Position numbers and translations under genes: made by a program. Shown piece by piece: positions 24,651 through 38,485 of a stretch of 64,000 nt of DNA. Source of the DNA: Octopus vulgaris. Taxonomy: Eukaryota. The notes beneath the pieces are model-generated. The model was not told where the DNA came from. It searched no databases and was given only the letters and a program-made list of their open reading frames with translations. The stretch lies in NCBI GenBank assembly GCA_951406725.2, contig OX597822.1, forward strand, positions 89,962,001 through 90,026,000, in the 5' to 3' direction. Numbering within the stretch: the stretch's first letter is position 1; each line of letters starts with the position of its first letter.

Positions 24651-25847
24651 TATATATATATATTGCAGTTTCATTTACTGGTGGATCATGGCATAAAAGC
24701 TGAAGAAAAATGTAATTAACATTGTATCTTCAAACTTATAGAAATAGACATCACCAAAAGATTCCCCATGATTTCAGAAAGCTGAAAAACAGTTGCCAAT
24801 TATATTTTTATGTTGTTGCTTCTTTGTAGTCTGTGTGAAAAGAGGCTGGGAAGTCAGCTGCTAAACCCATTTGGTGTTGTGCAAAGTAGGTCAAGAAGCA
24901 AATCCTTTGAAGTTTTGATCAGATTAATGCCCTTTCTCCATCCATTGGCCAAATAAAACCTATGATAATGGTGAAAGCTCTAAGAACTCAATTACCCAAA
25001 TTCAGTTGCTCCAAGAGTAACAATTTCACCAATACTCATTGTTATAAGGTTATAATAGAGAGAAGTAGGGTTTTTAGAATTATGAAATTATATAATAACT
25101 TGAAAAAATAAAGGAGAGGTATGCCCAAAATATAAGGTTGTACCTGCTCTTGAAGATAATTAAAAGAAGTAGGATTTAAGCTCTTCCATGCCGAAGATGA
25201 TCTAATAATCACCGAATGTTAAGTAAGTGATTGTATATTGGCCAGAATGAAAGGTAGTGGAAGAAACTGTGATGAACCATGGTCCCCCTTTAAAATTTTT
25301 CTCTTTGTATGACGAACAAAACATAATGGCATGTAAGGTGTGTTGCTGCACAACAGTGAAAGACTGATTTTAAATGTAGAAGATCTGCAATGACTTGAGA
25401 ATATCTTATGCTTATTTTCTCAATCTGCTTTGACATTTACTGTGTATGGATATGTTTGCAAAGAAGTACTGTAAGTTGGAGGTGGAAGTACATGTAGTAG
25501 ATGAAGAGCAAAACAGTAGCTAAATAAAATCTCAGATATTTAGTATAATGGATGGAATGAAATGGCATAGAAAATTATTATTAATATAACAATGATGATG
25601 TTGACGTTAGTAATGATTATGATAAACTGGAGAAATTATTTGCATGGCAACATAATATAGAGATTCTTGAACTTTTAACCACTATACCTCTTAATTGGTG
25701 ATTTTAATTACAAAAACATATAAATTGAACAGAATCACCATTCAAAAACTGAAAATGTATTACATTTGAAAGCCACATCACACTGTGCTCTTTCTGTGCT
25801 GGAAAACTGTACTCCACAAATTCAGAATCCATTCTTTTCTTTTTTTC

Positions 25848-26259
25848 TTTTTACTTGTTTCAGTCATTTGACTGCGGCCATGCTGGAGCACTGTCTTTAG
25901 TCGAGCAACTTGACCCCGGGACTTATTCTTTGTAAGCCTAGTACTTATTCTATCAGTCTCTTTTGCCGAACCGCTAAGTGACAGGGACATAAACACACCA
26001 GCATCGGTTGTCAAGCAATGCTAGGGGGACAAAGACAGACACACAAACACACATGCACACATACATATATATATACATATATACGACGGGCTTCTTTCAG
26101 TTTCCGTCTACCAAATCCACTCACAAGGCTTTGGCCGGCCCGAAGCTATAGAAGAAGACACTTGCCCAAGGTGCCATGCAGTGGGACTGAACCCGGAACC
26201 ATGTGGTTGGTAAGCAAGCTTACCACACAGCCACTTACCACACAGCCACTCCTGCGCCT
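25848..26259 (-). mobile_element. tRNA-derived SINE, family A
   Basis: Reverse complement of 2421-2788. Confidence 0.9.
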
Positions 26260-26372
26260 TATATAATTCAAATGAACAGGAATTTTACTTGATACCATTC
26301 TACCAAACAAAATAAGGAAAATTATGGAGAAAGTAATTCAAAGATTCATGTAATTTTTATAATAATACTTAC

Positions 26373-26534
26373 CTGATGTTAAAGGAAGAAGTAATGTTCT
26401 CCAGTCACTCGGAAATTCCAGTCCATTCTGTACCATAACTACTCGGAATTCATACCAAAGGCCAGATGTTAAATTTGATAAAACCTGCCATTGTTGCGTG
26501 GTAAACTCCAAAGTATTTTCTGTGAAATTGTCAC
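26373..26534 (-). CDS. L1CAM/neuroglian-like gene, exon B: second half of the FN3 domain
   Basis: Acceptor attttag, donor gtaagt, 162 nt, phase 1/1. Translates GDNFTENTLEFTTQQWQVLSNLTSGLWYEFRVVMVQNGLEFPSDWRTLLLPLTSG, with the FN3 'L..G..YEFRV' signature. Confidence 0.88.
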
Positions 26535-27697
26535 CTAAAATTCATATAATAATTCCGCTGAAAGTTACTTTCAAAACTTAAATGAAAAATAAAACTTAGG
26601 GTGTTTGTGAATGCACAATGTTATACATAAAAAGTTCTGTATTTTTGGAGATTTTTATACAACCTGACCACACTGATTACCAAAATTGTATATTACAAAT
26701 ATGTAAGACTATGATTTGTTAGAAATAAAGACAAGTGGGAAAATTTAGGGTAAGATTAATGAAAAGATCACAAATACAAGTGATCTCAGTAGAAAAATGC
26801 AAATTGTAATTGCTACAACATTAATGAATTGTCCAAGACTGCTGATAAATCAATTAGTAGTTAATTTGAATTTCTATATACACCTTAAAAATAAGATCAA
26901 CAGGTGAAAAAAATCCGAGAAATTATCATTCCAAACATCACCAACCCACATTCTCCCCATCCATCATTACCTGTTCATGAACAAAATACTAAATAGTTTC
27001 AAATTTAACACAAAAATGATAGTTATAAAGTAGCTTATAAAATGAAAAGAGTGAATGATAAGACATTATTTATAGAATAATTTAAAACCAGAGATAATAA
27101 AATTCATGATTTTATTCTTACTTCATCAAAATGATAGTGATCAAATGTTTGTGTTGCATATTAGCTCATGTTTTGCTCAAGAACACAATGCACACCCCAG
27201 TCTAAGGGTTGAAACCATGATCTTGTGCTTGTGAGCACAATATTCTAACTACTAAGCCATGTTAATAATTTTAATTTTTAATATTTATTGCCTAAAAATA
27301 TGAAACCAATAAACCACAAATTAATTTAATATTTCAGTATTAAAAAGCAATTTGTACTTTCAGCTGAAATCTTCATTATATTAACAACCACAGGTATATA
27401 ATAATGATAGAAGCTTGCTTCCCAACTATGTGGTCTTGTGCATCTATTATAGCCCCAGGCTGACCAGAAATAACTGACATTCTTTCTGTAAGTGATGGAA
27501 CCGAAATTGTCAACAAAAAATTGCCTGACACTGAACATTGTGATTCATAAAATGGGATGATTTGGTGTAGCCATATGGAAAAGAACTTTGGTGCTGAACC
27601 TGTTTTGCTGATGATCTTTTTGGTATTAGACAATTTGGTACAGAAAGTACACACACACATGAAGAGAGATGGAATAAAATGTTACATATAAAGAAAA

Positions 27698-27757
<60 letters not shown>

Positions 27758-28750
27758 AGGATAAAAACAATAAGATTAAATGTAAAATAATACTGAAATT
27801 GTTAAAACTGAGTTATCTCTTAATTCATAGCTTGATTTGCATCAGTATTTTTTTCCTGGTAGAAGTTAGTTATTCTGCCGAATAAGATATTTTTTCAGCA
27901 CCAAAATGTCCCTGCACTGAAACATTCTTACTAAATGGATTTTGCATCAAATTAGCAGTGCAGTACCATATCAACAGCACCAAAACATGCTCCAACCTTG
28001 TGACTCATTTCTCTTGATATCAACTCTTTCTATATCCATCAAGATATTTCAACCACCAATTTGTAGCTAATACATTCAAAGAGATATATGCTCATATACT
28101 TCCTGATGAACACAAAATGCTTTAACCCTTTAGATACTAACCTGCTTAAAACTACTTTTGGTTCTAATATATAAAAACTCAGTTAAAAATGATCTTAATA
28201 TTTGTTACTATTTTCAAAACTAATTGAAACAAAGACTGTGTATTCCTTTAGAAATATAGTAACAAATGTGTTAAACTCATCAGTAAACAACATGTAAATA
28301 CAGAAAACCAAAAACTGTGTTGTATAGGATGAAATATGAGATAGTAATTAGAAAATTCGGAAAGTCAGAATAGCAGAGATTCAAGTAGGAGATTTGCTGG
28401 AAGCTTTTAGTTAATTAGAAGTAGGGTTAATATACTAAAAAAGATTCGTTCAACATATTTACAAATGTAATTAAAGTAATTAAATTAATAAGAAATAATC
28501 TTTACATTTTAACAAAGGGAAATATCCAGATATGATAAGTACAAATGAAATAATAAAAATATGAGGATGTCATAAATCTTAATCCCACTTCTATATAATG
28601 ACAATTCAGTATAATAATACTTTAAAAGTTAAAAATCAACAGAGGCTTTCTCCACAAATGCAATGTCTGCATGCATACAAAATGTTACAAAAGGAGAGAC
28701 AAGAGGCTTAGGTCTTTTTCTATTTAAAGTAAGAAGTTAGATTTACTAAC

Positions 28751-28873
28751 CCATTTGCCTATATTCAAGAAAGTAAAAGTTTTCATATTCAGATGTTTCA
28801 TTGCCAGTCATCCAAGTTATATTTACAGAATCTTCATCAATTGGTATGACTGACCAATCAGTAATACTAGGAG
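28751..28873 (-). CDS. L1CAM/neuroglian-like gene, exon A: first half of an FN3 domain
   Basis: Acceptor ttctttttcag, donor gttagt, 123 nt, phase 1/1. Translates (A)PSITDWSVIPIDEDSVNITWMTGNETSEYENFYFLEYRQMG, with the FN3 'SVNITW' strand-B Trp and the 'YFLEY' strand C. Confidence 0.85.
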
Positions 28874-30379
28874 CTGAAAAAGAAAACATAAAAATATATG
28901 AATAAAAATAAAAATAATTTTCTTAAAAACATTTTTAAGTAAACCAGGGGTCATGCAATTGTTGTTGTCCAGTTTGAAGATACTACAAGTTGACGATTGT
29001 TAAAAAAGCAGATTGAGAAAAGGATACCAAAAGGTTGATGTTTTGGGATAAAGGAATGATTGTAGTGGTTAGTGGAGAAGGAAAACACAGAATGGATGAT
29101 GAAAGGAGGTAAATTGGGTATAGCATATGGCATTAAGCAAAGATGGTATCCAACTAACTTTTAAAGCAAGATCTATTGTAATAGTGTTAGAAGAAGCACA
29201 ATTGAGAGGACAGTAAGACATTGGTGTGTGTTGATGAGTGAATTTTTTGAGTGAATGAATCAGTTAAATGGCTTTCTTTTGGAGCAATTCAGGATGCTTT
29301 TTTGTGCTGCAGTGAGATCCTAGATATAGAAGCAGTACTTCATCAAGGGTTTCACTTGAACTTGTGAATATGAGATCACCAAAAGTTAACGATTTCAACG
29401 TTTTAGTAGCATGTTGTCCAAAAGTAGACAGGGTGAGGTAGAAAACTCTTTCCCTGATGTATGCAGTGACTGTTTTTGAAATGTTCAAAGAAATGAGATT
29501 TTCCAACAGGAGATTATTTCTGAGGTCTTCATTCATGGAACATGGTGCCAGTTTGGCATGTAATGTCTAGATTAAATGTGGGTAATTCATGAATGTGGAA
29601 GGTTAAATATGAGTAAAGTATGTATCATTTGCATGAGAGTGCTTATTGTTAAGAGTAACAGCAAGCAGATTGTTACTTTACAGGAAATGTGTGGATTAGA
29701 GAGCCTCTCATCTGCAAAGCGTGCGCACACACACACTGCATTTCAAATTGTCAATGATGTAACATCTTTTTATTTTATTTAAAAACTACACATGGAATTC
29801 AAAGAAATTTTCACAGAACGATGGCACCAGTTGTATGCATGTGGGTGTAAAAAACATGAAGTTTCATAAAACAACCCAGAAACTACAGCCATTTCCCAAA
29901 TTTATGCAAACTTTCAATGTTTCAAATTATTAGCAAGGTGTAATTAAAACTCATGTAAACAAGAAACTAACAATTTAATTGTTTGATGGACACTGAAATG
30001 AATACATACAGTCATAAATATGGAAGAAATAAATAAATAAACAGTATTCAAAAATTATTGGTGAGCTGGTTAGTAAGTTGGAAAGGCGCTGGTCCATGGA
30101 ACATGCTAATTTCTGGATCTCATCTGATGTTATACCATGGGATACATCCACTACTGGTAGCCACAGTTAATCCCTGCTCCTAAATTGATATCCATTCTCA
30201 TAAACATGTCACTTTAGAATACCCCACAAGTTTTCTATTGGATTTAAGTCAGGTGAACAGGCAGGCCACTTCATCTTCCAAGGTCCACAGAAGCCTAATT
30301 GTTGCAGATACTCTGTAGTTTTCTTTGCTAAGTGTGAGGGTGCATTGTCTTTCATGAATATTATGTGAATAGAAAAAGT

Positions 30380-30415
30380 CTTTTACGTTTCGAGCCTATG
30401 CTCTTCTACAGAAAG
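30380..30415 (-). ncRNA. Minimal hammerhead variant (CUGUAGA core) in a solo pLTR fragment (about 30372-30478)
   Basis: CUUU-CUGUAGA-AGAGC(auag)GCUC-GAAA-CGUA-AAAG; near-identical to 32229-32264. Confidence 0.7.
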
Positions 30416-30490
30416 GGACACAGAAAAAACAAGGAGAGAAAAAATGTGTGTAGTGGCTAACGATCTATCATGGCGACATGTGTGTATCTG

Positions 30491-30521
<31 letters not shown>

Positions 30522-30533
30522 CACACACATCAG

Positions 30534-30587
<54 letters not shown>

Positions 30588-30839
30588 AATAAATGGGATT
30601 AAAATATGAGCAGGATCATTGGTAAGTACTTCTGTGGATACAAGCTGAGTGTATATCTGGATATGGTTTACCTTAAAGGAGAAAACTATCTATACAGGCT
30701 CAAAAACCAGTTTAAATAGACTGGTTGTAGAATATGAATACATTAAATCAAAGACAGGAATTTATGGTATTATCTTCAATTCTTCAATTATGGTCATTTC
30801 TACACAACGTAGAAATTACATTTCATGAATATCAATATT

Positions 30840-31550
30840 GGTTTCAAATTTTGGCACAAAGCTTGCAAGTTTAGGGGAGGGAGTAAGTCAATTATATTGA
30901 CCTTAGAACTCAACTGGTACTTATTTTATTAATCTCAAAAAGATGAAAGGCAAAGTTGACTCCTGGCGGTATTTGAACTCAAATGCTGTTAAGCATTTTC
31001 TCTGGTGTCGAAATGATTCTTCCAGCTCACTTCATGAATATTAATAGTGGTTTCAAATTTTGACACAAGGCCCGCAATTTTGGGGTAAGGGGTAAGTCGA
31101 TCACACTGACTCCGATGTTCAACCTTATAATAATATACTTTTTGATGTAAAACCATGTGCAACTTCAGACAAAGTCTCAAAAATTATATTATTGTATTAT
31201 TTTGGAAACTTTGAAAAAATTCACACTGAAAAATATAGTATAATATTATGAATGCATTTATATTAATATTGATTTCAAATTTTGACACACAGCCAGCATT
31301 TTCTGGAGAAAAAGTAAGTCAATTAATTTCACCCCAGTGATCAACTGGTTCTTATTTTATCAACCCTGAAAGGATGTAATGCAAAGTCAACCCTGACAGT
31401 ATCTATATTAATATTTATGAAGGTGGCAAGTTGGCAGAATTGTTTTCACACTGAGCAAAATGCTTAGCAACATTTTCCCCAAATTTACATTCTGAGTTCA
31501 AATGCTGCCAGGGTCAACTTTGCCTTTCATCTTTTCAGGATCGATAAAAT
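30840..31550. mobile_element. Cluster of degenerate family-B SINE fragments in both orientations
   Basis: Repeated gtcaactttgcctttcatc and tttcaaattttgacaca motifs shared with 33755 and 52365. Confidence 0.65.
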
Positions 31551-31796
31551 TCACTTTCATTACTGTTATTTGAGTTATTATTAGTATTAGTGTTATTTTC
31601 TCTAATAGTAGTTACATTGTTATGCAAACTGGGGTTACTAGTTATTAATCCATCCTCATTATCATCACCTACTACACTTTTATCTATACTACCTATATTA
31701 TTGATGTTGTTATTATCACTATTTGTATCAATGTTGTCATCATTATTATTATTATCATCCTCATTATTAATATTATTATTATTATTACCATTATTA

Positions 31797-31839
<43 letters not shown>

Positions 31840-31840
<1 letters not shown>

Positions 31841-32100
31841 GAGTGAGAGAACAATGCATGCCATCAAAGTGACACTGGGGTAAAATATACGAAGCCCAGT
31901 ATACCCATCATGACTACCCATCTGATAAGGGTACACTAGGCACATGCATCACAACCATATGTGCACGACATGGTGATCTCATATCAAGATAAACAGCACA
32001 TGACCTTGCAGGTGGGGCCCAGTTAGAATTTTCTTCAGGTCGAGTAACCCATTCCACTCAAAAGGTCCCTAAATAAGGGTTGTTTAAGGATGTTGAACGA
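31840..32100 (-). mobile_element. Second copy of the unclassified repeat at 3367
   Basis: gagtgagagaacaatgcatgccatcaaagtgacactgggg..., adjacent to a long (ATT)n tract. Confidence 0.7.
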
Positions 32101-32228
32101 AATATATAATGCATATATATATATATATATATATATGGAGAGAGTTCACGAAAAAAAACACAAGATGAAGACAGGTGGTGTAGGAAACAAACAGATGTAT
32201 TAGTATAAAGCTCAGGAATTGAAAAGGT

Positions 32229-32264
32229 CTTTTACATTTCGAGCCTACGCTCTTCTACAGAAAG
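32229..32264 (-). ncRNA. Minimal hammerhead variant (CUGUAGA core) at the PLE 3' end
   Basis: CUUU-CUGUAGA-AGAGC(guag)GCUC-GAAA-UGUA-AAAG. Confidence 0.7.
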
Positions 32265-33754
32265 GGACAAAGAAAAAAACAAGGAGAGAAAAAAAATGTG
32301 TGTAGTGGCTACCAATCTATCATGGCGACTGCTGGACAGAAGGGTCACACAGCAGAGCGAAGAAGTAGAGGAGATAACAAAGTAAAGATGACCCCCAAAA
32401 CGAAGGTGCTTGTGTGTATAAAAGAGTATGCATGTGCGTGTGAAAGAGGGCTGCTGGTCTTGACGCGTGTGTGTGTATATGTATAAGTGTGAAAATGTGG
32501 GGATGGGAATTGGTCAGTGCTGGTGTGTGGGTGGTGTGTTGTGATGTGATGTGTAATGTTGTATGGTGTAGTGTGGTGTGGTATGATGTTGTTGGGAGGT
32601 GGGGAGGTGAGAGTGAGGAAAGCACAGGTGGGGTGTAGGTTAGGCTGAGGGCTGGGGTAGAGGTGGGGTATGTGGGTAGGCAGAGGTTGAGGGTAGAGGT
32701 GGGGTTTGTAGGTAGGCAGAGGGTGTAAAAGGATGGGATGGGGGTGGGAAGGATAGGGAAGGTGGAGTAGGAATGTGTAGGGGTGGGGTGGGCTTATGGG
32801 CGAGGGTTGACAATGAAGGGGAAGGGGAAGGTGGATATGTGAGAAGAGAGAGAGAGAGAGAAGAGTGAAAAAAGAGAGTAAGAGAGAAAGAGAGAGTGAA
32901 AGAGTAAGAGAGAAGAGAATAAGAGAGAAGAGAGAAAAAGAGAAGAGAGAAAGAGAGTAAGAGAGAAGAGAGAAAGAGAGTAAGGGTGAAGAGAAGTAAG
33001 AGTTGGAGCAAGAGAGGAGAGGTGGGTGGGAGGAAGTAGGAGGGAGGGAGAGAGAGGCAAAGGGAGGAGGTTCGATGAAGAGGGGAGGAGAGTTGAGCCC
33101 AAATCGCATAAAGGAGCGAAGAGAGAAGATTAATCCCTGTTCACAGCGCAAACGGGAGTCAGGATGGCCTATGTGCAAGGACAATCCAAACACCGACAGG
33201 TGTTGCAAAGAGTGACCAGTAGAGCGGAAATTGCATGAGACTGGGGTGTCATTGCCAAGGCGGATGTCTCGGAGGTGTTCCATGAACCGGTCAGCCAAGC
33301 AGTGTCCCGTTTGTCCGATGTACAGAGAGAGCAGGAGATGCAATAGATGATATTGGTAGAGGTGCAGGTGAAGGAGTCGGTGATGCGATAGGGTCGATGA
33401 TGGGTGCCGGTGAGGAGGGTGGTGTTGGAGAGGTAAGGGCAAGTGCAGCAGCGTGGGTGGGAGCAAGGAAACGAGCCAGGTTGGGAGGTAGGGTTGGGGA
33501 AGAAGCTGTGGAGCAAGAGGTATCGTAGATCGTGGGCTCGTTTGAAGGAGGCGAGGGGTCAGTTAGGGAAGATGTGTGAAGTGGATGGGTCGGACTGGAG
33601 ATGCCGGAAAGCTTGGAGAATGGTGCGTGGGTGGCAGGTGAGGGGAAAGGGGGGCGGGAGACTGCAGGGTGAATTCGGGGGGAGAGAGCAGATGCACAGT
33701 CCACGGAACGTGCTCTGGCAAAGGTGGCGTGGATAGTGGTGAGGGGAAATCTAT

Positions 33755-33985
33755 GCGGCGAGCTGGCAGAAACGTTAGCATGTCGGGCGAAATGCTTAGT
33801 GGTATTTCGTCTGCTGTTACGTTGTGAGTTCAAATTCCGCCGAGGTCGACTTTACCTTTCATCCTTTCGGGGTCGATAAATCAAGTACCAGTTACGCACT
33901 GGGGTCGATGTAATCGACTTAATACCTATGTCTGTCCTTGTTTGTCCCCTCTGTGTTTGGCCCCTTGTGGGTAGTAAAGAAATAA
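33755..33985 (+). mobile_element. SINE family B inserted in the Penelope ORF
   Basis: ggcgagctggcagaa...gagttcaaattc head. Imperfect target duplication gtgaggggaaatctatg / gtgagggggatatccatg. Confidence 0.85.
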
Positions 33986-34922
33986 GTGAGGGGATATCCA
34001 TGTAGGATGAAGTGGCGAGCCATGAGTTGAGACTGAGTCTCAAAGTCATGGTCGTCAGTGCAAAGCCTGTGCAGACAGAGGAATTAGGAATAGGGGATGG
34101 AAAGATTAGTGTGTTTGGGTAGGAAGAGGAGAAGTTGAGGTATGAGTGTGAGTCTGTGTGTTTGTAGTGGATGGAGGTGGTAAGAGTAGAATGATGAATG
34201 CTGACCGAAATGTCACGAAAGGAGACACAGGTGTCAGAGATAGTGCAGGAGAAGTGGAGGGCAGGATGGAAAGATTTGACAAAAGAGAGGAAGGAGTCTA
34301 GCTGTTCGCGGAAGAGTGAGGTGGCACCGATACAGTTGTCAATATAATGGCCATATAGTTTGGGAGTTGGACCAGTGAAACTTGAGAATATTTGGGCCTC
34401 AACATAGCCAACGAACAGGTTTGCATAGTTGGGGCCCATTCTCGTTCCCATGGCCACTCCCAAATTGCTTGTAGAAATCGCCCGCAAACGAGAAGCAGTT
34501 GAGTGAGAGGACAAGTTTGGCCAGACGAACGAGTGTGGAGGTGTCGGGTTGGGGATTGGGTTGGAGGTCCAGGAAGTGTTTCAGTGCACGCTGCCCCTCG
34601 TGGTGAGGGATCACAGTGTAAAGGCTCTGGATGTCCAGAGTGAAGAGAAGTTTAGAGGGGCCAGGAGGGAAGGAGAAAGAGTTGAATAGATGAAAAGCAT
34701 GGTTGGTGTCAAGGATGTGAGAAGGGAGAGAACCCACTAGGGGGCAAGGACACGGTCGAGATATTTAGAGATAAGCTCGGTGGAGCGGTTACAGGCAGAG
34801 ACGATGGGCGGCCAGGGTTGTGGAGGAGACGGGAGGACGAGATGAGGTCATGGATGGTAGAGGAGACCGTCTGTTGGTAGCTGGGGGTGGTGTCATGAAG
34901 TTGGTGGAGAGCTTTGGATATA

Positions 34923-34966
<44 letters not shown>

Positions 34967-35039
34967 TCATCGTTTAACGTCCATTTTCCATGCTAGCATG
35001 GGTTGGACGTTTCGACCGGGGTCTGGGAAGCCAGGAGGC

Positions 35040-35081
<42 letters not shown>

Positions 35082-35097
35082 TATACATAATATATAT

Positions 35098-35141
<44 letters not shown>

Positions 35142-35195
35142 CATACACATATAACATATAGATATGTGTGTGTGTGTGTATATATATAACATATA

Positions 35196-35273
<78 letters not shown>

Positions 35274-35315
35274 CACACATATATATATATTCTTATATTC
35301 TTTTATATATACATC

Positions 35316-35373
<58 letters not shown>

Positions 35374-35376
35374 CAT

Positions 35377-35780
35377 AGGCATAGGAGTGGCTGTGAGGTA
35401 AATAGCTTCCTTATGAACAACATGGTTCCGGATTCCATCCCACTGCATGGCCATCTCAGACAAGTGTCTTCTACTCTCGCCTCGTGCCAACCAAACCTTG
35501 TGAATGGATTTGATAGACGCAAACTGAAAGAAGCCCGTTGTATATGTATATATATATGTTTGTGTGTGTGTGTTTCTGTGTCTGTGCCCCCCACCCCCAC
35601 CCCCAACATCGCTTAACAGTCGATGTTAGTGAGTCTACGTTTCTGAAACTTAGCAGTGCAGGAAACGAGTCCGATCGAATAAGTACTAGGCTCACAAATA
35701 ATAAGTACTAGGGTCGATTTGTGAAACTAACAGCTGTGCTATAGCATGGCTGCTGTGAAATGATTGAAACAAATAAAAGT
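35377..35780 (+). mobile_element. tRNA-derived SINE, family A (diverged)
   Basis: Colinear with 2421-2788. Confidence 0.85.
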
Positions 35781-35863
35781 AAAATAAATATATTATACAT
35801 AATATATATATATTTTTTATACATATGTATATGCATAATAAATATTTATATAATATATAGATA

Positions 35864-37037
35864 CTAGCAGTATCGCCTGGCGTTGCTCGGGTTTGTTTAC
35901 TTTTCGACCCTGTAGAATTGAAATTTTTGAAAAGTAAAAATTTTGCATTATGTAGCTTGTTATTTTCTTTAAGTGAACATTTTTCTGGTTGAAATACACC
36001 GAAAAATGGCGACACAGCAGTAAAAAAATCGTAAAAATAGGGATTTTCATAGAAAAAAAGCACCTTTTTGATGTAAATAATTTTTGGTATTAACATGGTC
36101 CAATTTGAATTTTTTCTTCTACGGAAGGAAGAGCAAGCCTTCTTCTATCATACTTTCAATTTTGGCCAACTTGCGCCACAGGGTCTCGGAGGAGATAGTG
36201 TTAGTTGAAGGCTACCAAACCTGCCATACACAGACAATTCACCTCGCAAAAATTGACATGCGAATGCTTACACAACTTAACGAGATCATTTTCACGAATA
36301 TTTTCATTGATATTAAGAGCACTTCCCGTTCGATTTTTGAGGCGATTCGGTCTGAAAATAATTCTTTCATTTTGAGCTATTTTTTGACACCATTTTCAAC
36401 TGAGAACTCCCTTAAAAACTGCTAGAATTTACATTTTTCAAGTTAGAGAATTCAAACTTGCTCCAATCGATTCAGGAAATTTTTCTACGTATATGCTCAT
36501 ATTTTGTTTTTCGAAAAATTCAAAACTTGAACGTGTTTTCGCCCCAATTTTTCCGTTGCATTCGCGCAAACACGCGTACAGTCACGTATAGAATCCAACA
36601 TGTTGCGTGAACACAACTCAAGGCAATAGTGTATGACATCCACTCACTCGCAGAAAATGCATCGTTTCGGGCCTTTGTTATCGAGATAGAGACGTGAAAC
36701 CTACTCTGGCCGTAACTACACTACGCCTTCAATAAGTGTGTAAATTTTCAGCTCGATCCTAGCACGTCTAGTGCCATTGAATCCTTACCAAAGCCAAAGT
36801 GTGCAAGTTTTTTCCCTCTTTTATATAGGTAGATAGACAAGAGGAGAGACCACTCAGTGGATCCTTTATATGCTAAAAATAATATTAATTTCTACTCTTA
36901 TTATCTTTTATCTTGCTTTGCTACCTTTTATACTATCAGGTTTGGTGAAATTATTCTTAAAATTATTAATTGCTTTTTTAACATTTTTGATTTCTTTATG
37001 TTCGATTGAATTAACAGCCAACTCTTGCGCTCGTATG

Positions 37038-37075
<38 letters not shown>

Positions 37076-37433
37076 AACACACACACACACACGCGCACAT
37101 GCACACACTCACACACGCACACATTATTTCGCAACAGATAAGTAATCTTGATATTTATGTACAGTCGTTACTTGTAAATGTAATCACTGAAACTACTGAG
37201 TTGTTCCCCTAACAACGTATCTATTTCTGAATGCTGAAATATTTTTAAAAATCGCTCTTTTTGCCATAGCAACCACATCTTTATAGCTTGCGAATTTTAA
37301 CCATCGCGGGTCGCATCCTCACCATGCATTAAGTATCCCTGCCAATTTTCAGCTCGATCCTAGCACGTCTAGTGCCATTGAATCCTTACTAAAGCCAAAG
37401 TGTGCAAGTTTTTTTCCTCTTTTATATAGGTAG
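35864..37433 (-). mobile_element. Non-autonomous Helitron-like element with two 5' termini
   Basis: The minus strand starts A|TC at 36833 and again at 37433, and ends with a GC hairpin (cccgagcaacgccagg) and CTAG|T at 35864. Confidence 0.7.
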
Positions 37434-37457
37434 ATAATATATATATATATATATATA

Positions 37458-37500
<43 letters not shown>

Positions 37501-37559
37501 TATAATATATATATAATATATAGATATTATATATAATAAATAGATATAATATATCTATA

Positions 37560-38230
37560 TGGCCTCCATGTATACTATGGAAGCACCCTGCATGTTGTTC
37601 AATATGTCCATTGAAATCGCCAGCCACAAAGAGAAGGTCCTGGTCATTCATCGACGAGGTAGTCAGCAAGAGGGTGTCATAAAATCAGTCTTTCTGTTCA
37701 TCAGGTAGCCCCGACTGAGGGGCGTAGGCTGAGATAATGGTTGCTAACCCATAATTTAGCACTAATCTAATGTTAAGTATTCTATCGCAGATTCTGACTA
37801 CCTCGATTACCTTATCTACCCATTTCTCTGCAAGAAGTATACCCACGCCCCCAACCCCATCAGTGTTCCCTGCCCAGAAGATCTTGTATCTATGTTCTTT
37901 GCCTGTGAGGAACCTAGTAGCACTGCCTCTCCACCTTACTTCTTGGATGCAGCACTGATCTACACATCTCCATTCAAGCATCTTAACAATCTCACCAGAC
38001 CTACCTTTCAGTGTGCCCACATTGAGTGTGCCAACTCTGAGGGTGTGGGAGGTGAGGGCCCATGTGACCCTGGGATGGGAGACAGCAGCATCATGTACTT
38101 GAAAAGAAAGCTCGCATTTGGCAGAATTCATAAACAAACAACAGCCTTCAAGCTGCATACACTACACCATTTTTATGCGCTATATGATCACAACCTTACA
38201 TAGGAGACAGACCCTAAGTAGGGGGTGGGG
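37560..38230 (-). mobile_element. RTE LINE 5' fragment (AP-endonuclease domain)
   Basis: LRVGTLNVGTL, CIQEVRWRG, GVGGVGIL, IISAYAPQ and VAGDFNGH motifs. Confidence 0.9.
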
Positions 38231-38485
38231 ATGGCATTAAGTCTTTAGAAGTGTTCATGGGAGACAACCGAAGGCTGTCACTGGATAGTGACTTCTAGTA
38301 CTGGTGCTGGGCGGTGAGAGGACAGGGACTTCTGGTACTGGTGTTGGGGGTTGGAGGGTGGGCAAACCACGAAACAGCAACACTGGTGTTAGACAGAATT
38401 TAAAGCTCTTTGAATTTTCGGTCAGCCAATTTGTGACAAAATTAGAGAAATGAATAATTGACGATGTGACAAAATTAGAGACATT

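Larger units (their letters stand above)
32138..34920 (-). mobile_element. Penelope-like retroelement (Neptune-type), degenerate, inserted in (TA)n
   Basis: LFTLDIQSLYTVIPH, GVAMGTRMGPNYANLF, YGHYIDN, CSHPRCCTCPY and LYIGQTG motifs. Pyrimidine-rich 3' region and terminal hammerhead; (TA)n flanks. Confidence 0.92.

Noticed and set aside
31535-31945. Poly-Asn and poly-Leu ORFs
   Set aside because: Translations of a degenerate (AAT)n microsatellite.
32345-33466. 373-aa Leu/Ser/Pro/His-rich ORF as a membrane protein
   Set aside because: It is the Penelope GIY-YIG end reading through into a low-complexity CT-rich UTR.
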